From assembly GCA_041441465.1 (NCBI GenBank), contig JASDSY010000010.1, positions 105,883 to 169,882 on the forward strand: a stretch of 64,000 nt of DNA, in the 5' to 3' direction. Below the pieces are notes generated by a model. It ran no database searches. It was not told the origin of the DNA and saw only the letters and a list, made by a program, of their open reading frames with translations. The position numbers and the translations under genes are program-made. Shown here in pieces: positions 28,207 to 37,749 of the stretch (the first letter of the stretch is position 1; every line of letters begins with the position of its first letter). The stretch is from Candidatus Wallbacteria bacterium. GTDB lineage: Bacteria; Muiribacteriota; UBA9980.

Positions 28207-29916
28207 ATGAAAATAAAAGATATTAAAATAAATGCTCTGTTTTTTAAAATATGTCTTTTAGCCGGCGTATTTTTGTACATCTTTGCGGGTTTATTCCATG
28301 GCAATTGTGAAGCCCGACAATTAAGGCTTGGCGCTTATAAATACCTGTCAGACGCCGATATGAAAAAAGTTCTCGACCCGTTCACGAACTATCTGTCAAA
28401 ATCGTTAAAAATACAGGTTAAGTTATATATTACTTCGACCTATACGGAGCTTGCGCAGCGTTTTATTTCGGGCGAAATGGATATGGCCATGATTCCGCCA
28501 TATGCTTATGTCAAGCTTGCCGACAAGATAAAAATGCAGCTTGCGGCTTCAATGAAACTTGACGGCTCATATTTTTATAACGGCGTAATAGTCGTCAAAG
28601 CCGATTCGGGCATCAACTCGATCGCTGATCTTACGAAAAAGCAATTCGCTTACGTATCGCCGGACAGCGCATCGGGTTACCTTTATCCAAGAATTTTAAT
28701 AAAAAAACAGGGCCTCGATCCGGATAATATGTTCTCTAAAGTCATATTTTCTGGCTCTCACGCCGAGTCAATAAAATCACTCGCGTCAGGAATGGTAGAC
28801 GGCATTTCTGTTTTCAAAACCGCCCTTGATTATTCCAACAACCAGGGTATCGATACATCTAAACTAAAAATAATAGCGGAAACGGAAAAAATACCGCACG
28901 AAGCTTTTATAGTTCAAAACAATATGGACCCCGCGCTTCTGTCATCCCTGAAACAGGCGTTGATCACTTTTAAATATTCGCCTCAGGAGATGGCCGAATT
29001 AGAAAAAAATTCCAAACAGGGCGTATTTAAGGTCGAAGGCTGGGTAGTGGGCCTTGACTCGCTTTATGACACGGTACGCGAGGCGCATAAATATTTTCCG
29101 GTAAAAGAACTCGAGAATACATCGAAAGATACAAACGCCGTAACAATCGGATATTATCCGCGCACCGATATAGACTCGACATTAAAATCGTTCGCGCCAC
29201 TTATCGAATATCTGTCAAAAGAAACAGGCTATAAATTTAAGCTGGCTTTCTCGCCGAATTATATCGACGTCGGCAACCAGCTGATAGAAGGCAATTATGA
29301 CATCGGCATAGTCACCCCGATTGCATTTGTAATGGCCAAAGAAAAATCCAAAACACCTATTAATGCACTAATTCAGCGTTCGACTGCCGGATTGACAACT
29401 TATAAAGGGATTCTGGTCAGCAAAAACGACGGCAAAATAAACAAGATAGAAGATTTAAAAGGCAAAATTTTCGCTTTTACAGAACCTGATTCAATTTCAG
29501 GAAGATTATACCCGCTTTCTATTTTTAAAAAGAACGGCATTTCAATAAAGACTTTTTTTGCAAAAACGTATTATGCAGGCTGTCCCAAAAAAGCACTTGA
29601 AGATGTCGCCGCGGGTTCGGCTGACGCATGCGCCTGCAATGACGCTGAGTTCAAGCTTTTAACCGAAGCCGATCCAAAACTTTTAAATTCGTTGAAAGTT
29701 TTTTATGTTACGCCGGAAATACCATATGAGTATTGGACGGTTATGGAAAATTCAAATCCGCTCATACGCGACAAATTCCAGGCCGCCGTTTTAAAAATTA
29801 ACTCAAATCCTCAATTAAAAAAAGAACTTCTTGAAAAAATTTTTTATGACGGTTTTTCAGCGCCTGACGAAAAAGGGCTGAATGAAATAATGGAAATGCT
29901 CAAAATTATTTTATGA
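28207..29916 (+). CDS. tandem PhnD-like periplasmic binding protein (two phosphonate-binding-type domains)
   Basis: 569 aa; N-terminal membrane anchor; internal duplication (FAYVSPDSASGYLYPRILIKKQGLDPD versus FAFTEPDSISGRLYPLSIFKKNGI). Confidence 0.6.
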   Translation: MKIKDIKINALFFKICLLAGVFLYIFAGLFHGNCEARQLRLGAYKYLSDADMKKVLDPFTNYLSKSLKIQVKLYITSTYTELAQRFISGEMDMAMIPPYAYVKLADKIKMQLAASMKLDGSYFYNGVIVVKADSGINSIADLTKKQFAYVSPDSASGYLYPRILIKKQGLDPDNMFSKVIFSGSHAESIKSLASGMVDGISVFKTALDYSNNQGIDTSKLKIIAETEKIPHEAFIVQNNMDPALLSSLKQALITFKYSPQEMAELEKNSKQGVFKVEGWVVGLDSLYDTVREAHKYFPVKELENTSKDTNAVTIGYYPRTDIDSTLKSFAPLIEYLSKETGYKFKLAFSPNYIDVGNQLIEGNYDIGIVTPIAFVMAKEKSKTPINALIQRSTAGLTTYKGILVSKNDGKINKIEDLKGKIFAFTEPDSISGRLYPLSIFKKNGISIKTFFAKTYYAGCPKKALEDVAAGSADACACNDAEFKLLTEADPKLLNSLKVFYVTPEIPYEYWTVMENSNPLIRDKFQAAVLKINSNPQLKKELLEKIFYDGFSAPDEKGLNEIMEMLKIIL

Positions 29917-29958
29917 TTGCGGTATGTTATAAATACCGGCCTTATAATGGAGGAATTT

Positions 29959-31197
29959 ATGAACAGGAATTTTTTAAAAATTTCAGTTATTACGTTTTTT
30001 ATCTTATCATTTTCATTCGTACTCTATGCCGACGAGGATAACATGCTGGCAATCGCCACAAAGGTAAAAGGAAACGCCGTCCGTCTTACTCTCAAAGGCG
30101 ATTCAGCCGCACTGCAAACCGGCGACAAGGTATATAAAGGCGAAAGCATAAAAACCGGAGCCGACGGCAGGGTCACATTAATATTCACCGACGGCGAAAT
30201 GCGCATAATAACATCGAATTCCGAATTAAAATTCGAAAATAGCGAAAAAAAGGAAAATCTTGCGGCAACCGACAAATTAAGCCAGACAATAGCATTTGCG
30301 GCTAACGTAAAAAATATCGAAGCCGCGGCGCAAAGCCTTACAGGCATAAAAACAAGCATGGCGCCGCCAAGCGTATCGGCGCCCAAGCCCGCAATGCCGC
30401 CAAGCGAATATGACAAATCCAATAATATCGAACCGGCCATGCCGGAAATCGAAGTTCCGCAAAAAGAAGCTTCAGCCATGCCAAATAAAAGCGGCATAAA
30501 GTCAAATCTTTACGATATCGATCTGGCGGAGCAAAAACATGAACACGTCCAGAGAGAGGACATGAAAAAAACAAGTAAAACCGATACAGCCAGAACCGGC
30601 GGCGGAAACTTAAAAAGTAAGACTGATTATTGGGACAGCTCAAAACTATTTAAAGAAAATGTAACAAAGTACAACCTGGGCTTGTGGTATGCCGATTCAG
30701 AATCAGTGACGCTTCAGGAAATTCTTCCTGGATTCGAAGCCGGCCCGCAAGCTGTTTTATGCATTACTGATTCGAGAAATTCAATAACGACAGCAGAAAT
30801 TAAATTTGCCGACACTTTAAAAATCGACAAAGTTATAGCGCAAAAAGAATCAGCCTGCGTATTAATCGCCCAAACACATGATTTCAAGCCGATAGTTCTT
30901 AATTTTGAATCGCCGAACGCCGATTATGAAATAAATTTAGTAAAAAGCGGAATGATATTTTTAGAAAAAATAAAAAATGACGATCCTGAAACTTATTTAT
31001 ATTTAAAAGCTTCGTTATTTTTTAACAACAAGTTTTATACGGCCGCATTAAAAAGCATATTCGAATTCGAAAAGCTGACCGGCAGCTGTCCTATGCACAT
31101 AATGAATTTGAAAGCGCTCATATATTCGAGCATGGGCCTGACGGAACATGCCAAAACAATATTAAAAAACAAGTTCAATAAAGAGCGTGAAAGATAA
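29959..31197 (+). CDS. FecR-domain protein with signal peptide/TM
   Basis: FecR-like motif GDKVYKGESIKTGADGRVTLIFTDGEMRIITSNSELKF; start set at the ATG 6 nt after ggagg (ORF track 29917); Pro/Ala-rich linker. Confidence 0.55.
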   Translation: MNRNFLKISVITFFILSFSFVLYADEDNMLAIATKVKGNAVRLTLKGDSAALQTGDKVYKGESIKTGADGRVTLIFTDGEMRIITSNSELKFENSEKKENLAATDKLSQTIAFAANVKNIEAAAQSLTGIKTSMAPPSVSAPKPAMPPSEYDKSNNIEPAMPEIEVPQKEASAMPNKSGIKSNLYDIDLAEQKHEHVQREDMKKTSKTDTARTGGGNLKSKTDYWDSSKLFKENVTKYNLGLWYADSESVTLQEILPGFEAGPQAVLCITDSRNSITTAEIKFADTLKIDKVIAQKESACVLIAQTHDFKPIVLNFESPNADYEINLVKSGMIFLEKIKNDDPETYLYLKASLFFNNKFYTAALKSIFEFEKLTGSCPMHIMNLKALIYSSMGLTEHAKTILKNKFNKERER

Positions 31198-31199
31198 AA

Positions 31200-33152
31200 A
31201 TGACCTCAGGGTTTAAACATAAGCGGCTGTTCCTTTATTTCCTTCTCACAGCCGCGGCTTTTTTGCTATTTTTTACGGACGGCAACGTTTTCGGCAGCTT
31301 CGTCGATTACAGGTGGCGCGACCTGCTTTTCTGGATGCGCGGTCCTGAACCGGTTGACGAAAGGATAATTATTTGCACAATAGACGAGGACTCGTTCGAG
31401 GCGCTTGAAAAAGACCTGCCGTTCGACCAGAAAATTTATATCAATTTCTTTGATAACTTAAAAAAACTTGAAGCCGGCGTTATCGGACTCGACTTCATAA
31501 TTTCGGAATCATATAAAAACGAATTCAGCACCGACGATGTCGCATTGAAAAAGAGCATTCAAAACCTAAATTCAATAGTATTCGCCGCGAAATTCGAAAA
31601 TTATTTTAAAAACGAAAAATTAGGCGGACAGGAAATAAGCTCGATCGGCATTAAATATAAAATGTCAAACCGTTTTTTCTCAGAATCAGGCAGGACAGGG
31701 TTAATAAACGCCGCTCTCGATCAGGACGGCACGATGAGAAATTCCAGGTTATTTTTCAAAAGCCCGATTGACGGCGAGACTAAAGAAACTTTTATATTCA
31801 AGCTTTACGAGGCGTTTTTCGACAGACTGAAAGACAGCGAGAAGAAAAACTATATGGCGCCCTCAAAATTAGCCCTCGAACGCAATAACTTCATAATCAA
31901 TTATGCCGGCGGGCCGAAACACTTTAACGAAGTGCCTTTTTATTCTTTTGCAATGATGCCGCCAGAGTCGATTGAAAAGTTAAAATCAAGATACAAAGAT
32001 AAAATTATAATAGTAGGCCCTTCTTATTATGAAAGCCACGATTTTTTCAGCGTGCCGTTTTCCAATTCGCAGTATGTGAAGGGCTACAACTTAATGGCCG
32101 GTGTCGAAGTCATCGCTAACGCGCTGAACACCATCATAAAGAATAAATTCATAACCGCAGCGCAGCGCAATGAATTTATATTCATTTATACGAGTTTTGC
32201 GGTTTTATCGATTATTATCTTCGGATTGTTTTCGAATTTTTTCGTTAACTTGTTTTTTTATGCTGCACAGGTATTATCGATATTATATATTTCGTATCAT
32301 TATTTCATAAATAAGCTTTCATTCATGGATATTTCAACTTTAATTTCGATGATAACCATAATTTATTTTATATCGGCCGCGTATAAAATATTTGTGATAG
32401 AAAGCGAAAAAAAAGCCATCAAATCGACCCTTGAACGATATGTCAGCCAGAACATAGTCGATACGATTTTAAATCACGGTGAAAGTATAAACATGGCCGG
32501 AAGCGATATCGATGCCGCGATTTTATTCGCTGACATAAGAAGTTTCACTTCGCTTTCGGAAAAATTGCCGGCCGAAAATATAGTGAAGATTTTAAATCTA
32601 GTTTTCAAAAAAATGGTTGACGTAATATTCGCCAATAACGGCACTCTCGACAAATTCATAGGCGACTGTGTCATGGTGATCTTCGGCGCTCCGCAAAAAA
32701 GCAAAATGCCGATAAAACAGGCTATAACATGCGCGCTTGAAATGCAGAAAGCGGCCCGTGAATTTAACAGGGAATATGCCGAAGAATTGTCAAAATTATG
32801 CGCGCCGGCTTTTAATGACCATAATAATAAAGGCGAAATAAAAATTTCTGAAATCTCGATAGGAATAGGTATAAATTTCGGCCGCTGCGCCGTAGGCAAT
32901 ATAGGTTCTGAAAAGCGTCTCGAATACACAGCGATCGGCGATACGGTGAACATAGCTTCAAGAATACAGAGCCTGGCAGGCGGCGGTGAGATTATCATAA
33001 CCGAAGATTTATACGAAGCGCTTTATAAAAATGAAAACGAATATTTCAACGCAATAAAAAATGATATTATAAAGTTAGAGCCTGTCCACCTCAAAGGCCG
33101 CGAAACGCCGGTTCTGATTTATAAGCTGCAAAACCGGCCGCTGATCAGCTGA
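31200..33152 (+). CDS. CHASE2 sensor domain-containing class III adenylate/guanylate cyclase
   Basis: 650 aa; CHASE2-like N-terminus (LLFWMRGPEP...IIICTIDEDS...GVIGLDFIISE), three TM helices, cyclase core AAILFADIRSFTSL...GDCVMVIFGAP. Confidence 0.75.
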   Translation: MTSGFKHKRLFLYFLLTAAAFLLFFTDGNVFGSFVDYRWRDLLFWMRGPEPVDERIIICTIDEDSFEALEKDLPFDQKIYINFFDNLKKLEAGVIGLDFIISESYKNEFSTDDVALKKSIQNLNSIVFAAKFENYFKNEKLGGQEISSIGIKYKMSNRFFSESGRTGLINAALDQDGTMRNSRLFFKSPIDGETKETFIFKLYEAFFDRLKDSEKKNYMAPSKLALERNNFIINYAGGPKHFNEVPFYSFAMMPPESIEKLKSRYKDKIIIVGPSYYESHDFFSVPFSNSQYVKGYNLMAGVEVIANALNTIIKNKFITAAQRNEFIFIYTSFAVLSIIIFGLFSNFFVNLFFYAAQVLSILYISYHYFINKLSFMDISTLISMITIIYFISAAYKIFVIESEKKAIKSTLERYVSQNIVDTILNHGESINMAGSDIDAAILFADIRSFTSLSEKLPAENIVKILNLVFKKMVDVIFANNGTLDKFIGDCVMVIFGAPQKSKMPIKQAITCALEMQKAAREFNREYAEELSKLCAPAFNDHNNKGEIKISEISIGIGINFGRCAVGNIGSEKRLEYTAIGDTVNIASRIQSLAGGGEIIITEDLYEALYKNENEYFNAIKNDIIKLEPVHLKGRETPVLIYKLQNRPLIS

Positions 33153-33388
33153 CAATAATATTCGCCGGCATAAAGTATAAAAAAAGCAGCAATACTAAGT
33201 TATAAAACTATAAAACTATAAAACGGCTTTAGTTTATGCAATTCAGGTCAATTTTTTTAAATTAATTAAAATCAAATATGACAACAAATGCCGGAGCACC
33301 GGCTGCATACATAAACCCGGAAACAATATTTTAAAGAATATTAAATAAAATATCCAGAACAAATAAAAATACAGGGGGAGGATAAAAT

Positions 33389-34210
33389 TTGAGTTTAAAA
33401 CACGATGAACTTAAAGTACACGCAAAATCAATCAGGAAAAACATTGTAAAAATGATTTATGAGGCAAATTCGGGGCATCCGGGCGGTTCGCTGTCGGCTG
33501 CCGACCTTATCACATCGCTTTATTTCAATCATTTGAAGCATGATCCGCGCATGCCTGAAATGGAAAACCGCGACCGCGTAATTTTTTCGAAAGGTCACGC
33601 TTCTCCGCTTCTTTACGCTACACTTGCCGAATGCGGTTATATCAAACAGGACGAACTTCAGACATTTCGTAAAATCAACTCGAGGCTTCAGGGCCATCCG
33701 GTTTACCACAAAGTCGAAGGTGTCGAAGCCACAGGCGGCCCGCTCGGACAGGGTTTCAGTTTCGGCGTAGGCGTGGCGCTCGCCTCAAGAGTAAATAAAA
33801 TAGATTACCGCGTTTATGTGCTTTTAGGCGACGGCGAACTGCAGGAAGGCCTTGTATGGGAAGCCGCAATGGCGGCCGGCCACTACAAACTTTCGAATAT
33901 GTGCTGTATGCTCGACTATAACGGCCTGCAAATCGACGGCAGCGTCGAAAAAGTAATGGGCGTCTCACCGGTAGCCGATAAATTCAGGGCATTTAACTTC
34001 AATGTTATTGAAATCGACGGTCACGACTATAATCAGATCGATGCGGCATTCAGACTCGCTAAGGCGAAAACCGATAAACCTACAATCATAATAGCTCATA
34101 CTGTAAAGGGAAAAGGCGTATCGTTCATGGAAAACGATTACACATGGCACGGCAAAGCCCCTAATAAAGAGCAGACAGAAAAAGCGTTAAGCGACATCGA
34201 CAAAATGTAA
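33389..34210 (+). CDS. transketolase, N-terminal (TPP-binding) subunit
   Basis: 273 aa; SGHPGGSLSAADL and GDGELQEG motifs. Confidence 0.8.
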   Translation: MSLKHDELKVHAKSIRKNIVKMIYEANSGHPGGSLSAADLITSLYFNHLKHDPRMPEMENRDRVIFSKGHASPLLYATLAECGYIKQDELQTFRKINSRLQGHPVYHKVEGVEATGGPLGQGFSFGVGVALASRVNKIDYRVYVLLGDGELQEGLVWEAAMAAGHYKLSNMCCMLDYNGLQIDGSVEKVMGVSPVADKFRAFNFNVIEIDGHDYNQIDAAFRLAKAKTDKPTIIIAHTVKGKGVSFMENDYTWHGKAPNKEQTEKALSDIDKM

Positions 34211-34281
34211 AATATGGTTACAAAGTAAATTCGATTAATTAACAAATCATTTTTAATAATTATTATTGGAGGTTATTATAG

Positions 34282-35268
34282 ATGGCTGAAATGAAAGCTA
34301 CAAGACAGGGATACGGCGAAGCGCTTGTGGAGCTCGGCGCCGCAAATCCTAAAGTCGTCGTATTAGACGCGGATCTTTCCAAATCGACAATGACATATAT
34401 GTTCGCCGAAAAATACCCGGAACGGTTCTTTAACATGGGTATCGCCGAACAAAATTTAATGTGTACCGCAGGCGGATTATCATCATGCGGCTTAATCCCG
34501 TTCGCTTCGACCTTCGGCGTTTTCGCGTCAGGCAGGGCTTATGAGCAAATCCGCAATACGATCTGTTACGCAAAATTGAATGTCAAAATAGGCGGCACGC
34601 ACGGCGGAATCACGGTAGGCGAAGACGGCGCGACGCACCAGGGGCTCGAAGAAATTGCCTTAATGCGCGCAATACCTAACATGACAGTAATCGTTCCGGC
34701 AGACGCGCATGAAGCCAAAATGGCTACTATTGCGGCTGCAAATTATCAGGGTCCGGTTTATCTGAGACTCGGCCGCGATAAAGTCGAAACAGTGACAGAT
34801 TACACTAAAACTCCTTTTGAAATAGGCAAAGGCTATCTTTTAGAGGACGGCACCGATGTCACGATAATCGCAACAGGCGTTATGACGCCGATCGCCCTTG
34901 CTGCAGCAAAAGAGCTGAAAGCCAAAGGTATTTCGGCGGCAGTAGTGAATTTACCGACGATAAAACCGCTCGACCGTGCAATAATACATGAAATGGCGCA
35001 CAAAACAGGCGCGATCGTGACCTGCGAAGAGCATCAAATTCACTGCGGCATGGGATCGGCCGTTTGCGAATACCTCGCGCAGCATATTCCGACTCCGGTA
35101 AAAATGGTTGCAATAGAGGATAAATTCGGCGAAAGCGGTAAGCCACTGGAACTTCTCGAAGCATACGGACTTAACGCTAAAAACATAATAAATAAAGTCA
35201 ACGAAGTATTAAAATTAAAAAACAGCAAGTGCCCGGCGAGCGCCCAGCCTGTAAGCGCTGATTTATAA
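34282..35268 (+). CDS. transketolase, C-terminal subunit
   Basis: 328 aa; pyrimidine-binding and C-terminal domains (FNMGIAEQNL...). Confidence 0.8.
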   Translation: MAEMKATRQGYGEALVELGAANPKVVVLDADLSKSTMTYMFAEKYPERFFNMGIAEQNLMCTAGGLSSCGLIPFASTFGVFASGRAYEQIRNTICYAKLNVKIGGTHGGITVGEDGATHQGLEEIALMRAIPNMTVIVPADAHEAKMATIAAANYQGPVYLRLGRDKVETVTDYTKTPFEIGKGYLLEDGTDVTIIATGVMTPIALAAAKELKAKGISAAVVNLPTIKPLDRAIIHEMAHKTGAIVTCEEHQIHCGMGSAVCEYLAQHIPTPVKMVAIEDKFGESGKPLELLEAYGLNAKNIINKVNEVLKLKNSKCPASAQPVSADL

Positions 35269-35398
35269 TAATTTAGGATCATAATCGTTTCTTAAAAAAA
35301 TACAAAAAAATACCGATATAAATAACAAGCTGATAATAAGCGAAAGCGAGGCTAAATGTCTCGCTTTTGCTATATGCCGATTCGGAGGTAATAACAAA

Positions 35399-35728
35399 AT
35401 GAAAGCCATCGCGCTGCTAACATTATCTAATATTTTCATGACATTCGCCTGGTACGGCCATTTAAAATATAAAAGTTCGCCGTTATGGGTCGCCATAATC
35501 GCCAGCTGGTCGATAGCGTTTATCGAATACTGTTTCCAGGTCCCGGCCAACCGCATAGGAAGTAATGATTTCACAACGGCGCAGCTGAAAGTAATTCAGG
35601 AAATAATTACTCTGATAGTATTCGCCGGATTTTCAGTATTATATTTAAAAGAAGATTTCCGCTGGAACTACCTTGTAGGTTTTGCATTTATGGTCATAGC
35701 CGTATTTTTTATATTTAAAAAATGGTAA
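35399..35728 (+). CDS. small DMT-like membrane protein (DUF486-type)
   Basis: 109 aa with about 4 hydrophobic helices. Confidence 0.4.
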   Translation: MKAIALLTLSNIFMTFAWYGHLKYKSSPLWVAIIASWSIAFIEYCFQVPANRIGSNDFTTAQLKVIQEIITLIVFAGFSVLYLKEDFRWNYLVGFAFMVIAVFFIFKKW

Positions 35729-35856
35729 TATAATCCACAAGTCAAAGTTAATATAAAAAAATAATAAAAATAACTTGATTTTAACTAAGCTTTATGTTAA
35801 AATAAAATGAATTTTTATAGGACATTTTAATTATAAATATATGGGAGGACACTTAA

Positions 35857-36117
35857 ATGCAAGAAAAAATTCATCCAAAGTATTATCCGGAAGCGGTAGT
35901 AACATGCGCTTGCGGCGAAACATTCAAAACTGGCTCGACATTGCCGACAATCAAAATTGAAATTTGCTCAAAATGCCATCCTTTCTTTACCGGTAAGGTA
36001 AAAGTTATGGATACTGCAGGCAGAATCGAGAAATTCCAGAAGAAGCACGCAAACGTTGAGATCGGCGCTGCTCCTAAGAAAAAAGCTCCAAAAGCAAGAA
36101 AAGAAAAAGCTGAATAA
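35857..36117 (+). CDS. rpmE: 50S ribosomal protein L31
   Basis: 86 aa; HPKYY, CxCG...[10 protein letters not shown] zinc-ribbon pattern typical of L31. Confidence 0.85.
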   Translation: MQEKIHPKYYPEAVVTCACGETFKTGSTLPTIKIEICSKCHPFFTGKVKVMDTAGRIEKFQKKHANVEIGAAPKKKAPKARKEKAE

Positions 36118-36161
36118 TAAGATATTTCAGGAATATATTTTTTTAATATTTGCAAGAAATC

Positions 36162-36190
36162 GGGCGTTTTTTTGAGCGCCCTTTTTCTTT
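36162..36190 (+). terminator. putative intrinsic terminator after rpmE
   Basis: short stem gggcg / cgccc followed by a T-run. Confidence 0.4.
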
Positions 36191-36230
36191 ATCCGTATTT
36201 TATTGATTTTAATTTCAGGAGATTATTAAA

Positions 36231-36956
36231 ATGCCAGAAGTCAAATTAAATGTCATGTTAGTCGAACACACGCCAGATCCCGAAAAACTTGTTGCCCTCG
36301 CGGCTAAGATGTGCTACTCGAAGCTTTCGGTAGGCGAATTAAAAAATAAAGTATCAGCCAAAGACCAGAAAGATTTCATAAAAAAAATAATGGAAATGCA
36401 GCATTTTACGCCAATCGAACATGTATCGTTCACGTTCGGAGTCGAAGGGGTAAGCCGCGCGCTGCTTGCGCAAATCACAAGGCACCGTATAGCTACGTTT
36501 TGCGTTAAGTCGCAAAGATACGTAGACGAACGCAGCAATGACGGCAAAGCGTCGTTTAATTTCATAATCCCGCCGTCGATAAAAAAACTCGGCAAAAAAT
36601 ATGTCAAAATATATGAAGAGCAATTACAAACCATACAGGGTTTTTATGATTTCTGGTTCGACGCTCTGGACAAAAATCCAGAAACAAAAGATTTCAGAAA
36701 CGAAGACTCGCGTTTTGTGCTGCCGAACGCGGCCGAAACAAAATTCGTATTTACGATGAACGCGAGAGAGCTTTTGCATTTTTTCAGGCTGCGCCTCTGC
36801 GCAAGGGCGCAATGGGAAATAAGGACGCTCGCGGCTAAAATGTATTACGAAGTCAAAAAAGCCGCTCCGACACTTTTCGCCTACGCCGGACCGGCATGTA
36901 AATTCGGAGAATGCAAGGAAGGTACTTTAAAATGCAAAAAAGACAGGATACTATAA
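36231..36956 (+). CDS. thyX: flavin-dependent thymidylate synthase ThyX
   Basis: 241 aa; ThyX signature RHRIATFCVKSQRY. Confidence 0.8.
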   Translation: MPEVKLNVMLVEHTPDPEKLVALAAKMCYSKLSVGELKNKVSAKDQKDFIKKIMEMQHFTPIEHVSFTFGVEGVSRALLAQITRHRIATFCVKSQRYVDERSNDGKASFNFIIPPSIKKLGKKYVKIYEEQLQTIQGFYDFWFDALDKNPETKDFRNEDSRFVLPNAAETKFVFTMNARELLHFFRLRLCARAQWEIRTLAAKMYYEVKKAAPTLFAYAGPACKFGECKEGTLKCKKDRIL

Positions 36957-37618
36957 TAGATCCTGACATAAAAATCATTCAAACAGAAGATTCGTTTTGC
37001 TATTCAACAGACACCCTGCTTTTATACGAATTCATTTCAGAGGTTTTCGATTTTTCGAAGCCGGCTAAAGTCCTTGAATTAGGGGCCGGCACCGGCGGGC
37101 TGTGCATAGTATTAGCGAAGAAGTACCCGGATTCCAAAGTCTTCGGAATTGAAATACAGCCGCATCTTATCGAACTCGCCAATGAAAGCGCCTCATTGAA
37201 CCGCATCGATAACGTCAATTTCATGTGCGGCGATATAAGAAAGGTAAAGGGCAATTATTATCCTGAATATTATAATTTAATCGTGACGAATCCGCCTTAT
37301 TTTAAACTCGGCACCGGCAGGATAAATAAAAACTCAAAAAAAGCGCAGGCAAAACATGAAATAAAATGCACGCTTTCCGACATATTCGAAGCAGCATCTT
37401 TTTCCATAAAAAAAACCGGCACATTCTGCCTGATTCAACACTATTCCAGATTTTATGACGTCATAAACGAAGCCGCCAAAAACGGATTCGAACTTATATG
37501 CATGCGGCCGGTTTACCTGACTCAAAATCAGCCTGCAAACGCGACACACTGCCTCTTCGCATTCGGCAAAAATCACAAAAAAGAGCCGCAGATAATGCCG
37601 CCAAAGTATATACGCTAA
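36932..37618 (+). CDS. N6-adenine-type methyltransferase, TrmN6/YfiC-like
   Basis: SAM-binding LELGAGTGG and NPPY motif (TNPPYFK); start set at the RBS-supported ATG (ORF track 36911); overlaps the thyX 3' end. Confidence 0.6.
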   Translation: MQKRQDTIIDPDIKIIQTEDSFCYSTDTLLLYEFISEVFDFSKPAKVLELGAGTGGLCIVLAKKYPDSKVFGIEIQPHLIELANESASLNRIDNVNFMCGDIRKVKGNYYPEYYNLIVTNPPYFKLGTGRINKNSKKAQAKHEIKCTLSDIFEAASFSIKKTGTFCLIQHYSRFYDVINEAAKNGFELICMRPVYLTQNQPANATHCLFAFGKNHKKEPQIMPPKYIR

Positions 37619-37649
37619 TTCAAACCCAACCCATATTTAATCAACCAAA

Positions 37650-37697
37650 AAACGCAATGCCGCGAGCTGCCTTTATGGCCTCTGCGGCATTGCGTTT
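37650..37697. terminator. bidirectional hairpin with perfect 14-bp stem between convergent genes
   Basis: aaacgcaatgccgc ... gcggcattgcgttt with a 20-nt loop. Confidence 0.5.
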
Positions 37698-37749
37698 ACG
37701 CTTAAAAATTTTAATAATGATAATATTTTTATAAAACCCTAATATTAAA

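Noticed and set aside
33200-33227. Three tandem copies of ATAAAACT downstream of the cyclase gene
   Set aside because: Short AT-rich microsatellite-like repeat with no accompanying structure; noted but not called as a feature.
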